DNA of 64,000 nt. It comes from an uncultured bacterium (GTDB taxonomy: Bacteria > Auribacterota > Erginobacteria > Erginobacterales > Erginobacteraceae). The notes below the pieces were generated by a model. That model made no database searches. It saw only the letters and a list, made by a program, of their open reading frames with translations, and was not told the DNA's origin. Numbering within the stretch: position 1 is the first letter of the stretch; each line of letters begins with the position of its first letter. The translations under genes were made by a program, and so were the position numbers. Where the stretch lies: positions 160,001-224,000 of the forward strand of contig CAWGIE010000007.1 of the NCBI GenBank assembly GCA_963822585.1, in the 5' to 3' direction. Shown here one piece after another: positions 21,151 through 30,934 of this stretch.

Positions 21151-21312
21151 TTCTGGTAAACTTACTTGATTTTTTGGATTGCTTATCCTCTGTCTCTCGG
21201 TCTATAGCAGCCCATAACCTACTATCATGGAATTTTTTCTATGTTTGTTGGCTTTCTGAAGGGGATATTTCCAATATACATAGAAATAATTCTGCTCAAC
21301 CAATAGTTGCCG
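21151..21312 (+). repeat. attI-like dispersed element, copy A
   Basis: About 118/160 identities (hand count) to 50331-50487; ends GCTCAAC-CAATA-GTTGCCG. Confidence 0.6.
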
Positions 21313-21340
21313 CCGAGTTGAGCCCATTACAATTATCAAT

Positions 21341-21865
21341 ATGCAACCTTATCTAAAAGTGGTTGTTGTCATTGCTTGTATATTGCTTACAGCATGCCGC
21401 GCTGATAAAGATAAAGTCGACTATACAAAAGTGGAATCCAAATCATCTCCACTGATTACTGGATTTGATAGTTATGCCAGCATAATTAGCGTGGAAAATT
21501 CTTTCTTAAAAGATAAGGAGTGGACAGTCATAGAAGATTCGAGCGAACCAAAATCTTGGCGACCTCCATTTGATACCTTTAGAATCTCATTGTCAGAATT
21601 TAAACATCTGGGGCATTCTGGTGAGCTTCAGCTTGAATTTTTCAATAATCGCCTTATGAGCACAAGGTTTTATCCAAGCGATCTCGAAAAATATCTCCAA
21701 GCACTGAGGGATCAAGGAATTGATTTAATTTCAGATGCTGAGGTAGTACTACCACCTCATACCCGAATCCGTATCTCCGGAGACAAAAGAGGTAAAACAT
21801 GTGTTGTTTGGGAGGATTATCGACTCTTCGAACAGTCAATTCGGTGGATCAGTCGTTATTCCTAA
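21341..21865 (+). CDS. Hypothetical lipoprotein (probable integron cassette ORF)
   Basis: AT-rich; lipobox LLTAC; stop codon 5 nt before the attC R'' box. Confidence 0.75.
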   Translation: MQPYLKVVVVIACILLTACRADKDKVDYTKVESKSSPLITGFDSYASIISVENSFLKDKEWTVIEDSSEPKSWRPPFDTFRISLSEFKHLGHSGELQLEFFNNRLMSTRFYPSDLEKYLQALRDQGIDLISDAEVVLPPHTRIRISGDKRGKTCVVWEDYRLFEQSIRWISRYS

Positions 21866-21870
21866 ATTGG

Positions 21871-21942
21871 GCTTAACAATTCGCTCCACCCGACTTTTGA
21901 CCGCCATACGGCGGCCAAAAGCGGGTGAGCTCGGCTTTAGTT
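21871..21942 (+). mobile_element. Integron attC site with degenerate R' box
   Basis: R'' GCTTAAC, 5 nt, arm GCTC(C)ACCCG(A)CTTTTGACCGCC, loop ATAC, arm GGCGGCCAAAAGCGGGTGAGC, 5 nt, R' TTTAGTT. Confidence 0.8.
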
Positions 21943-21966
21943 CCCAGAAAAATCAGGCTATCGGCC

Positions 21967-22000
21967 TTGCATAATTATCTGGTATGATATATTGTAATAC
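21967..22000 (+). promoter_or_regulatory. Probable TA promoter with palindromic operator
   Basis: TTGCAT-17nt-TATTGT overlapping GTATGA...TAATAC; GGAGGTG RBS follows. Confidence 0.45.
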
Positions 22001-22012
22001 TGGAGGTGAATT

Positions 22013-22255
22013 ATGAGCACTTCAAAAGTAGCAATCTCAATTGAAAAGAATATCTTGCACCAATTAGACAGGCTGGTTTCATCCCACGTCTTCCCTAACC
22101 GGAGTAAAGCCATCCAGGAAGCGGTGAAGGAGAAAATCTCAAGAATAAATCATAGTCGTCTCGCCAGAGAATGCTCAAAACTGGACCCGGTCTTTGAGCG
22201 AGCCCTGGCGGAAGAAGGCCTTTCAGCGGAGGTCAACCAATGGCCCGAATATTAA
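22013..22255 (+). CDS. Ribbon-helix-helix (CopG-like) antitoxin
   Basis: KVAISI...LDRLV....[12 protein letters not shown]; tail ALAEEGL....WPEY overlaps the toxin start. Confidence 0.9.
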   Translation: MSTSKVAISIEKNILHQLDRLVSSHVFPNRSKAIQEAVKEKISRINHSRLARECSKLDPVFERALAEEGLSAEVNQWPEY

Positions 22256-22578
22256 GGGGAGACATCCTCTGGGCCGATCTAAATCCGATCAGGGGACATG
22301 AGCAGGCGGGCATGCGTCCGGTGCTTATTCTCAGTCACGACGTTTTTAATGAACGTTCAGGAACAGTAATAGCCATGGCACTCACAAGCCAGCCCCAGCA
22401 CGCAGGGTTCCCTCTGACATTCCAACTATCGAGTTCCAAGCTTCCTAAAAAGTCATGGGTCAAGATAAGTCAGATCCGGACTCTTTCGATTCAACGCATC
22501 GGAAAGAAGATCGGAAAATCATCGCCCGAGGAACTCAATCTCATAATCGAAGGCCTGAACGAGATTATCGGGGGCTAA
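22240..22578 (+). CDS. PemK/MazF-family endoribonuclease toxin
   Basis: [33 protein letters not shown]. Confidence 0.95.
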   Translation: MARILRGDILWADLNPIRGHEQAGMRPVLILSHDVFNERSGTVIAMALTSQPQHAGFPLTFQLSSSKLPKKSWVKISQIRTLSIQRIGKKIGKSSPEELNLIIEGLNEIIGG

Positions 22579-22850
22579 CCTAATTTATTCCTATTTGCGG
22601 GCGGGAATAAATCGGATTCCGGAGTATCGCGAAGTTCAGCGGGGCCGGCGGCGGAGCCGTCCGATCCGTGGATAAGGTTAAACAACCGATCACCGTGTCT
22701 TCGCTGACTCAAAAGAAGCGGAGCGGACAAATCTTGCTCGATCGAGCAGATATTGTCCGTTCCGCTTTCGCTTTTCTTCACACTGTCGTCCGGCTATAAT
22801 GGGAGCGGCTGAGATTGGCTGCACGGGGACCTCTTAAGGAGCAGGCTGCT

Positions 22851-24107
22851 ATGTCACCGCGACCCGGTTTTCACTATGCCTGGATCATCCTGATCGTCGG
22901 GATACTGGTCACCTTCAGCGCGGTCGGGCTGGCCCGCTTCGGTTACACGACGGTGCTGCCCTCGATGCAGGCGGCCCTGAAGATGGACAACACCGAGGCG
23001 GGGGCGATCGCGACCGCGACCATGCTCGGCTACCTCTTCCTCTCCGTGATCGGCGGGGCTCTGGCCGCGCGATACGGCCCGCGGGCGATTATCACGGCCG
23101 GTTTGGCCCTGGCCGGGGGAAGCATGCTGCTCACGGGGTTGGCGAACGGGTTCTTGGCGGCCCTGCTCTGGCGGGGATTGACCGGGATCGGCAGCGGGGC
23201 GAGCAATATCCCGATGATGGCACTGATGGCGGCCTGGTTCGCGCCCCGGCGACGGGGGCTGGCGGTGGGGATCACCGTGACGGGATCCGCGGCCGGGCTC
23301 ATTTTCGTCGGCCCCCTGGTACCCCGTGTCCTCTCCTCTTACGGTGCCGACGGCTGGCGGGTCTGCTGGTTCATCTTCGGGGGTATAACCCTCACTGTGG
23401 CGGCGGCGAGCGTCCTTTTTCTGCGAAACCGGCCCTCCGTGAAAGGGATTGAGCCCCTGGGCGCCGGCCCCGGCGACTTACCTTGCCCTTCCGGAACAGG
23501 CCCTCTCCAGTGGAGAAAGGTCTATCGGTCAGCGCCGGTCTGGTACCTGGGCCTGGTCTATATCGCTTTCGGCTTCGCCTATATCATCTATATGACCTTC
23601 TTCGTCAAGTACCTGGTCGCCGATGGAGGTTACAGCACGGCGGCCGCCGGCCGGCTCTTCATGACGGTAGGCTGGATAAGCCTCTTGTGCGGTCTCCTCT
23701 GGGGAATGCTCTCCGACATAATCGGCCGCAAACGGGCCCTGGTCTGCATCTACCTGATGCACGCGGTCTCCTTCAGCCTCTTCGCCCTCTGGCCCGAACC
23801 GGCCGGTTTTACTCTGTCGGCGGTCATTTTCGGGCTCTCGGCCTGGAGCATGCCGGCGGTCATGGCCGCCGCCTGCGGCGATCTTCTCGGCCCCCGGCTG
23901 GCCCCGGCGGGTCTCGGCTTCGTCACGCTCTTCTTCGGCGTCGGGCAGGCGATCGGCCCCAGCGCGGCCGGAGCGATCGCGGACGCCGCCGGGTCGCTCG
24001 CCCCGGCCATGCTCCTGGCCGGGGCTGTTTCCCTGCTGGGAGCGCTCGGGGCGGCACTGCTCCGGCCGGTCGATTCGAGGTTGAATTTCCCGCCGGGCAA
24101 AGAGTAG
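22851..24107 (+). CDS. MFS transporter (YbfB/YjiJ-like)
   Basis: GLARFGYT.VLPSM, G.LSD.IGRK; about 12 TM; AAGGAG before ATG 22851. Confidence 0.85.
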   Translation: MSPRPGFHYAWIILIVGILVTFSAVGLARFGYTTVLPSMQAALKMDNTEAGAIATATMLGYLFLSVIGGALAARYGPRAIITAGLALAGGSMLLTGLANGFLAALLWRGLTGIGSGASNIPMMALMAAWFAPRRRGLAVGITVTGSAAGLIFVGPLVPRVLSSYGADGWRVCWFIFGGITLTVAAASVLFLRNRPSVKGIEPLGAGPGDLPCPSGTGPLQWRKVYRSAPVWYLGLVYIAFGFAYIIYMTFFVKYLVADGGYSTAAAGRLFMTVGWISLLCGLLWGMLSDIIGRKRALVCIYLMHAVSFSLFALWPEPAGFTLSAVIFGLSAWSMPAVMAAACGDLLGPRLAPAGLGFVTLFFGVGQAIGPSAAGAIADAAGSLAPAMLLAGAVSLLGALGAALLRPVDSRLNFPPGKE

Positions 24108-24114
24108 GATAAAA

Positions 24115-24753
24115 ATGATGAAACATTGCAAACAGCCCGGGGAGAAAGCGGGATGTGACGCCCGTCTCATCAACCGCCTGCTTCAGGTGATGGAGGACGA
24201 GATCGTCCCCCTGACCCGCCGGGAAGTCGAAAAAGGGAACAAGATTTTCGGGGCCGCGATCCTCCGGAAAGGCGACCTCTCCACCGTTATCGTCGGTGTG
24301 AACCACGAGACGGAAAATCCTCTCTGGCACGGCGAGGTGTACACCATCAAGCTGTTATACGAACTTCCCCGCTCCGAGCGGCCCGATCCGAAAAAATGTA
24401 TCTTTTTCTCGACTCACGAGCCCTGCCCGATGTGCCTCTCCGCCATCACCTGGGCCGGGTTCGACAATTTCTACTACTTTTTCAGTCACGAGGATTCCCG
24501 CGACGCTTTCCGGATCGGCCATGATCTGAAGATCCTGAAAGAAGTCTTCAAACAGGACCCCGGGGGGTACGCGCGGGAGAACAGCTACTGGACAGGCTAC
24601 AGCCTGAGGGATCTCATCAACAACTGCGATAAAAATATCAGGGATGGTTTTCTCGCCCGCGTCGAGCGGCTGAAAAATGACTACCGGGAACTGTCCGGCG
24701 TCTATCAGAAAAATAAAAACAAAATAAACCCGAAGGATATTCCCCTCCGCTAA
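24115..24753 (+). CDS. Zn-dependent nucleoside/nucleobase deaminase
   Basis: GNKIFGAAI, HGE and EPCPMC motifs. Confidence 0.85.
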   Translation: MMKHCKQPGEKAGCDARLINRLLQVMEDEIVPLTRREVEKGNKIFGAAILRKGDLSTVIVGVNHETENPLWHGEVYTIKLLYELPRSERPDPKKCIFFSTHEPCPMCLSAITWAGFDNFYYFFSHEDSRDAFRIGHDLKILKEVFKQDPGGYARENSYWTGYSLRDLINNCDKNIRDGFLARVERLKNDYRELSGVYQKNKNKINPKDIPLR

Positions 24754-24758
24754 AAGGC

Positions 24759-25384
24759 ATGGATAACCTGCGGAAAAAAACGGCAATCGCGGCCGCAATC
24801 GGGCTCGCTCTCTACCTGGTATTTTTTCTCTTCCTCGACCGTGCTGTGGATCTCCGGGTGCATAACACCTGGTCGGACACCTGCCTTTTCCGGCTTGGCG
24901 CCGATATCTCCTATTCCGCCCAGGGATCGTATTTCGATCTGGCCATCGCCGTCTGCGCTATTTTCGTCATCATCCGCGACCCGGGTCTGAAAAAACGCTG
25001 GACCAGAAACCTGCTTTACCTCTGCATCAGCATCTCGATGGCGATCATTGTCGGGGAAGGGCTCAAATTCCTGCTCGGCCGTTACCGTCCCGTAATGCTG
25101 TTCGAGCATAACCTCTACGGGTTCACCTTCTTCTCATCGGAATGGGCGCGGAATTCAACACCTTCCGGCCACACCCTGCGGGCGTTCTCGTTAATGATCG
25201 CCCTTTCTCTCCTCTTCCGGCGTTGGACCGCCATCTTTATTCCATCGCCGTCCTGATCGGCCTCAGCCGGGTAGCGGTCACCGCCCATTACCCCTCGGAC
25301 GTGCTCTTCGGCGCCTTTATCGGGGCGTTCACCGCCCTCTGGACGTATAAGTTTTTCTTCGGCAAGAAAGAAACGTCCGTATAA
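24759..25384 (+). pseudogene. PAP2-family phosphatase split by a frameshift near 25240
   Basis: K...GRYRP and PSGH lie in the first frame; SRV....HYPSDV lies in the second frame. Confidence 0.8.
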
Positions 25385-25748
25385 AGGATTAAAAGCGGAA
25401 CTTCAGACGTCGAACAAATGAAGTGCCTAAAGGTGAAAAAACTGTTGTATCGCCGCCTTCGGCGGCTTGTAGGACCTCCGCCAGAGGCGGATTGTAGGAA
25501 ATGTAGGATCGCTTCGCTTGCTTCGTATCTTAGTGGTTATCAAAGGGAGCGTGTACGGGAAGAATCTGAGTAATCTGTGTCCCCGCAAAGCGACTTCGTC
25601 GCCGCGGGATAAAAATCCGTGGACTGCAAAGGGGCCGAGGCGGGGATTAATTCGCGAAATTCGTAGTTTTTATTCCAGGGGCCGTGGCGGGGGAACAATT
25701 GGTGTAAATTAGTGTGATTAGTGGATTGAAAAGGGGGCGAGGCGGGGA

Positions 25749-26315
25749 TCAGCCGAGCATCTTCCGCACGTCGACGGCGTCCATCCCGGCACGGTGCGCC
25801 GCCATCAGGCCCAGGTCGCTGTCCTCGTAGACGCAGCACTCGCCGGGCTTGACCCCCATCCGGCGGGCGGCTGCCAGGAAAATATCCGGGGCCGGCTTGG
25901 GGTTGTGGACGTCTTCGGCGCAGACCAGGACGTCAAACCATTCCCGCATCCCGATCTGCTGGAGCGTTCTTTCGGTGAGCTTCCGGTGGCTGCCGGTGGC
26001 CACCGCCATCGGGACCCGCCCCCGGTTACGGCGGGCAACCGCGGCGACCTTCCCCACCGGACGAATTTTTTCGACCTGCTCCATGAAAGCCCGGTCTTTC
26101 TCCCGGGCCACCTCTCCCGCGTCGACCGTGACCCCGGCTTCCCGGGCCAGAATCTCCACCACTCCTCTCGCCGGGACACCGCCCAGGGAATAAAAACGCT
26201 CCTCCGACAGCGGTATACCGTACCGGCCGAGGACCTCTTTCCAGGTGGCGAAATGGGCCGGCATGGTGTCGGCCAGTGTCCCGTCGCAGTCGAAAATAAG
26301 CCCCGCGTACTCCAT
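25749..26315 (-). CDS. HAD-IA sugar phosphatase / beta-PGM family (YqaB-like)
   Basis: IFDCDGTLADTMPAH, KPAPDIFL, YEDSDLG. Confidence 0.9.
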   Translation of the reverse strand: MEYAGLIFDCDGTLADTMPAHFATWKEVLGRYGIPLSEERFYSLGGVPARGVVEILAREAGVTVDAGEVAREKDRAFMEQVEKIRPVGKVAAVARRNRGRVPMAVATGSHRKLTERTLQQIGMREWFDVLVCAEDVHNPKPAPDIFLAAARRMGVKPGECCVYEDSDLGLMAAHRAGMDAVDVRKMLG

Positions 26316-26504
26316 CCTTACCCCTTATCCCTTACCCCTTACTTTCTGAACCGCGAAGATGCGAAAAGCGGGGATAAAAGGGCGGTAAATCCCTTGGACG
26401 TTGAGCGTTGAACGTTTTTTAACCCGAGATGACCGGAGGTCATTTTTCGGGTCGACGTTCTGCTTTTAATCTTTTCCTTACCCCTTATCCCTTACCCCTT
26501 ATCT

Positions 26505-28163
26505 CTATCCTTCCACCCCTGCCTTCTCAAAAGCCGCGGCCACGATGACCCTGGCCTCGCCCTGGATCGCTTCCAGGTGTTCCCGGCCCAGAAAACTCTC
26601 GGCGTAAATCTTGTAGATGTCCTCCGTCCCGGAGGGGCGGGCGGCGAACCAGCCGTTCTCCGCCACCACCTTCAGGCCTCCGATCGGGGCCCCGTTCCCG
26701 GGCGCCGCGGTCAGTTTGGCGATGATCTTTTCCCCGGCCAGCGACCCGGCCTCGACCATATCCGGGGAAAGACTTTTCAGCGCCTTTTTCTGCGTCGGCG
26801 TCGCCGGCGCGTCCAATCGTTCGTAGACCGGGCTGCCGAACTTCTTTTCCAGGTCGCGGTAATGCTCGGACGGGTCTTGTCCCGTACGGGCCGTGATCTC
26901 GGCGGCCAGAAGATCCATGATGATGCCGTCCTTGTCCGTCGTCCAGACCGTCCCGTCCAGCCGGAGGAAGGAGGCGCCCGCGCTTTCCTCCCCGCCGAAA
27001 CCGAGCGAGCCGTCCAGGAGCCCGTCCACGAACCACTTGAAGCCGACCGGGACTTCGCAGAGGGCGCGGCCGATATCGGCCGTCACCCGGTCGATCATCG
27101 TGCTCGAGACCAGGGTCTTGCCGACCGCCGCCTGGCGTGACCAGCCGGGACGGTTCTGAAAAAGATAGCTGACCGCTACCGAGAGATAGTGGTTGGGGTT
27201 CATCAGGCCGGCGCTTCTGGTGACGATCCCGTGACGATCATGGTCGGTGTCGTTTCCGAAGGCGATATCGAAATCGTCCTTGAGCTTGATCAGGGACGCC
27301 ATGGCGTAGGGCGAGGAGCAGTCCATCCGGATCTTCCCGTCTTTATCCACGGTCATGAAGGAGAAGGTCGGGTCGACGCGCCGGTTCACCACCGTCACCT
27401 TCAACCCGTACCGCTCGGCGATGGGGTCCCAGAAGGCGACACCGGCCCCGCCCAGGGGGTCGGCCCCGATGGAGAGACCGGAGGCGGCGATCTCATCCAT
27501 CATGATAATCTTTCCCAGGTCATTCACGTAGGGAGTGATGTAATCGTACTCATGAGTGGTGGAAGCGCTCCGGGCGGCCGAGAGGGGTATCCGTTTAACC
27601 TCTCTTAACCCCCCGGCCAGGAGGTCGTTCGCCCGGTCCTCGATCAGCGTGGTGGTCTCGGTATCGGCGGGGCCCCCGTTCGGCGGGTTGTACTTGAACC
27701 CGCCGTCGGACGGCGGGTTATGGGAGGGGGTGATCACCACCCCGTCGGCCAACCCCGATTTCCGGCCTTTATTGTATGTGAGAATGGCATGGGAGATGAC
27801 CGGGGTGGGGGTATATCCCAGTCCCTTCTGGATCATGATCTCGACCCCGTTGCCGGCGAAAACCTCGATGGCGGTGGAGAGGGCCGGCTCGGAGAGCGCG
27901 TGGGTGTCCATCCCCAAGTACAGCGGACCGCTGTACCCCCGGGTTTTCCGGAACTCGCAGATGGCCTGGGAGACGGCCAGGATGTGATCCTCGTTGAAGC
28001 TGTTATCGAAAGACGATCCCCGATGGCCGGAGGTGCCGAAGGCGACCTTTTGAGCGGGGTCGGCCGGATCGGGATGACCCGTGTAGTAAGCCGAGATCAG
28101 TCTCGGCACGTTGACAAGCAACTCCGGGGGCGCGGGTTTTCCCGCGTATTTGCTGATACTCAT
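26505..28163 (-). CDS. pgm: Phosphoglucomutase
   Basis: [37 protein letters not shown]. Confidence 0.97.
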   Translation of the reverse strand: MSISKYAGKPAPPELLVNVPRLISAYYTGHPDPADPAQKVAFGTSGHRGSSFDNSFNEDHILAVSQAICEFRKTRGYSGPLYLGMDTHALSEPALSTAIEVFAGNGVEIMIQKGLGYTPTPVISHAILTYNKGRKSGLADGVVITPSHNPPSDGGFKYNPPNGGPADTETTTLIEDRANDLLAGGLREVKRIPLSAARSASTTHEYDYITPYVNDLGKIIMMDEIAASGLSIGADPLGGAGVAFWDPIAERYGLKVTVVNRRVDPTFSFMTVDKDGKIRMDCSSPYAMASLIKLKDDFDIAFGNDTDHDRHGIVTRSAGLMNPNHYLSVAVSYLFQNRPGWSRQAAVGKTLVSSTMIDRVTADIGRALCEVPVGFKWFVDGLLDGSLGFGGEESAGASFLRLDGTVWTTDKDGIIMDLLAAEITARTGQDPSEHYRDLEKKFGSPVYERLDAPATPTQKKALKSLSPDMVEAGSLAGEKIIAKLTAAPGNGAPIGGLKVVAENGWFAARPSGTEDIYKIYAESFLGREHLEAIQGEARVIVAAAFEKAGVEG

Positions 28164-28260
28164 GGCAACCTCTCCTTTATTATTTTTACTTCCTAAAAAT
28201 AATAACTGTACATTATTTTTGTCCTGTCGAAATTATAATGTTACAGTACCGGGTTCTAAA

Positions 28261-29370
28261 ATGAAAATCTATTATCCATCAAGAAATATATCACTCATTA
28301 TCGCGATGGGCGTACTGCTGGCCCTGGCCGGGGGATGTCACACCCGGGAGAAAGCAGAAAAAAAGACCGAAAAACCAGCGGCCGGCTCTTCGCCCGGTCC
28401 CTCACTGCCACTGGAGCCGTCGGTCTGGGACGGATTCGTCTTCCCCACCGACCAGCATGCCCTTCTGGACGCTGATCCGACCGGCGCTTTTCAGCCGACC
28501 GCCTCCGGCAAAACGGAGTCGGCTTTCTACGGCTCCGTCCGGACTACCCGGCAGGGCAAAAGGCTGCTCTCTTCCTTCCACGAAGGGATAGATATCGCCG
28601 CCTGCCGGCGGGACCGGAAGCGGAACCCTCTTGACCGGATCTACGCGGTCGCCGACGGCACCGTTGCCTATGTCAATACCATCGCGGGAAATTCTACTTA
28701 CGGCCGCTATGTCGTCCTCACTCATGACGACCCTCTGGGTCCGGTATTCACGCTCTACGCCCATCTGGCCAAGATCTCTTCCGGCCTGAAACCGGGACGT
28801 CAGGTCCGGGCGGGTGAAGTCCTGGGGGTCATGGGCAACAGCGGGTTATTGAAAATCCCCCTTTACCGCGCGCACCTTCACTTCGAAGTCGGCATGATCC
28901 TCAATCTCCGGTTTGTCGAATGGGCCCGTTCCCGGAAGATGAAGGCCGATCACGGCGTCTACAACGGCTGGAACCTGCTGGGGATGGACCCATTGGCCTT
29001 CATGAACGCCGTCAAAAGCTCAGAGCACTTTTCTTTTCAGAGCTATCTCGAATCCATCTCCGTCGCCTTCGAGGTTGTTTTTAATGTCCGGCGGCTGCCC
29101 GACTATTTCCGCAGATACCCGATGCTCTGGAACGGCCCCGATTTCAGCGCGGGAACCATCACGATCGCCTGCTCCGAAAACGGGATTCCTCTCAACGGGC
29201 GCGCCGCCAACCGGGCGGAGAAGGAGGCCCTGGGAGAGAAAAAGCAGATCGTCCGCAAAGTGAACCGGGAGGCCCTGGGCCGGAACGGCTGCCACCTGAT
29301 CTCTTTCCAGAAAGGGAACTGGACCCTGGGGAAAAAGGGTGAACGGTGGCTTTCTCTGCTTACTTATTAA
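28261..29370 (+). CDS. M23-family metallopeptidase lipoprotein
   Basis: Lipobox LAGGC; HEGIDI, YAHL, HLHFE; start set at ATG 28261. Confidence 0.85.
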   Translation: MKIYYPSRNISLIIAMGVLLALAGGCHTREKAEKKTEKPAAGSSPGPSLPLEPSVWDGFVFPTDQHALLDADPTGAFQPTASGKTESAFYGSVRTTRQGKRLLSSFHEGIDIAACRRDRKRNPLDRIYAVADGTVAYVNTIAGNSTYGRYVVLTHDDPLGPVFTLYAHLAKISSGLKPGRQVRAGEVLGVMGNSGLLKIPLYRAHLHFEVGMILNLRFVEWARSRKMKADHGVYNGWNLLGMDPLAFMNAVKSSEHFSFQSYLESISVAFEVVFNVRRLPDYFRRYPMLWNGPDFSAGTITIACSENGIPLNGRAANRAEKEALGEKKQIVRKVNREALGRNGCHLISFQKGNWTLGKKGERWLSLLTY

Positions 29371-29416
29371 TCCTTATTGGACAAAACAGGTAAAGCGTTT
29401 TTCGTCCAATAAGGAA

Positions 29417-30451
29417 TCAGGCGCGTCGCCAGATATGGCTCCGGCGAGCCTCGTCCGCGCCCTTGGCATGAGCATGGTCGAGGCGCAGGCCGGCCTCATG
29501 GATAACCTGCTGAACGATATCGGCCATCTCGCCCCGGATCCGGACCCCGGCGGCGCCGGAGTGACCGCCTCCGCCCAGGTTCTTGGCCAGGGTGGCGACG
29601 TTGATCAGCCCCTGTGACCGCATATCGACCAGGATATTCTCCGGCTCATATTCCAGGAAGAGTACGCCCACCTCAACCCCCCGGACGGAGAGCAGATAGG
29701 GAGTGAGCATCGCCAATTCATCGACCCGGGGGGTGAACTTCTGGTAGAGGTCGTATCCCACCACGGAATAGGCTATCTCGTTTCCGTGGGTAAGCTGGAC
29801 GTTGAAGATGGCCAGGCCGGCCAGCCGGATAAAATCAACCGATCGATCAAGCGCCAGCTTCCGGTGGATCTCGTACGGGTTTACCCCCGCCTCCAGCAGG
29901 ATGGCGGCTTTCTCATGGGTCCGGGGGGTGGTGGACGGGTAATTGAAGTCTCCGGTATCAGTGACAATAGCGATATAAAGGGGGGTAGCGACGGGCAGCG
30001 AGAAGGGGACTCCCAATTCCTCGAGAACATTCATGACCATCGCTCCCGTGGAAGATGCGTCATGGATGACGTAATTATAGGTCCCGAATAATTCGTTGGT
30101 GGTATGGTGATCGATCACCACCATCGGCGTCTCCAGAGTCGTCATCTTTTCTCCCACCTCACCGGCCCGATCGGAGGAGGAGCAGTCAAGCATGATGAAG
30201 AGGTCGGCCCTTTCCAGTACGGCGTCGTCACGCTCCGCCCGGTACCTTACCACCTCCTCTTCATTTTCAAGCATGAAGGTAAAGCCGATGGGAACGTGAG
30301 AGGGGCTGATCGCCCGAGATTCTTTTCCGATCGCCTTCAGCCCCCGGAGCATGGCCAGGGTCGATCCCAGGGCATCGCCGTCGGGCTGGATATGAGACGT
30401 GATGACTATGGAACGAGCCTTTTTAATTGCCGCAACAGTTTCCCGCATCAT
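29417..30451 (-). CDS. DHH/DHHA1 phosphoesterase (NrnA-like)
   Basis: H..PDGDALGS, IDHH, TDTG.F, GGGGH..AAG. Confidence 0.9.
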   Translation of the reverse strand: MMRETVAAIKKARSIVITSHIQPDGDALGSTLAMLRGLKAIGKESRAISPSHVPIGFTFMLENEEEVVRYRAERDDAVLERADLFIMLDCSSSDRAGEVGEKMTTLETPMVVIDHHTTNELFGTYNYVIHDASSTGAMVMNVLEELGVPFSLPVATPLYIAIVTDTGDFNYPSTTPRTHEKAAILLEAGVNPYEIHRKLALDRSVDFIRLAGLAIFNVQLTHGNEIAYSVVGYDLYQKFTPRVDELAMLTPYLLSVRGVEVGVLFLEYEPENILVDMRSQGLINVATLAKNLGGGGHSGAAGVRIRGEMADIVQQVIHEAGLRLDHAHAKGADEARRSHIWRRA

Positions 30452-30522
30452 TACCGCTCACCTTATTGACAGTGTTCAAAACTAATCCATTGCCTGCCCG
30501 CTGAAGATGGCCGGGCGGCGGA

Positions 30523-30840
30523 TTACCGGGGATGAAAATCCCGATACAATTCCGTGTTCAGACGGATCTCCGAGAGACCGGGCTGGAAATAAAGTTCGAC
30601 CACGCCGGAGTCGACGATAGTATTGACATACGTCAGATCGAAAAAGCGTTCTCCCTCTTCAGCGCTCTCCAGCTGGAGAAGCGTGGTGGGTTGCCCCAGC
30701 TCCCTGATGACGGATTCCATCGTCATGCCCGCCCGCAGTTCATCCAGCTTCTGCAGACCGGCGGACCGGCCGGCGGAGCAGCCCATACCAGCTGTCAGGC
30801 AAAGAAGCAGTGCCGGACCGAGATACAAATATTTCATCAT
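30523..30840 (-). CDS. Small hypothetical lipoprotein
   Basis: Signal peptide ending AGMGC; L..GMT...V...LG.P motif. Confidence 0.65.
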   Translation of the reverse strand: MMKYLYLGPALLLCLTAGMGCSAGRSAGLQKLDELRAGMTMESVIRELGQPTTLLQLESAEEGERFFDLTYVNTIVDSGVVELYFQPGLSEIRLNTELYRDFHPR

Positions 30841-30934
30841 GGTTTTATTCTACGTCATCGATCATGGATTTAAAATAAAAGATATCGCAACAGTTGAATT
30901 TTATGGGTTCTCAGTCATTTTGTGTAAGCACCGG

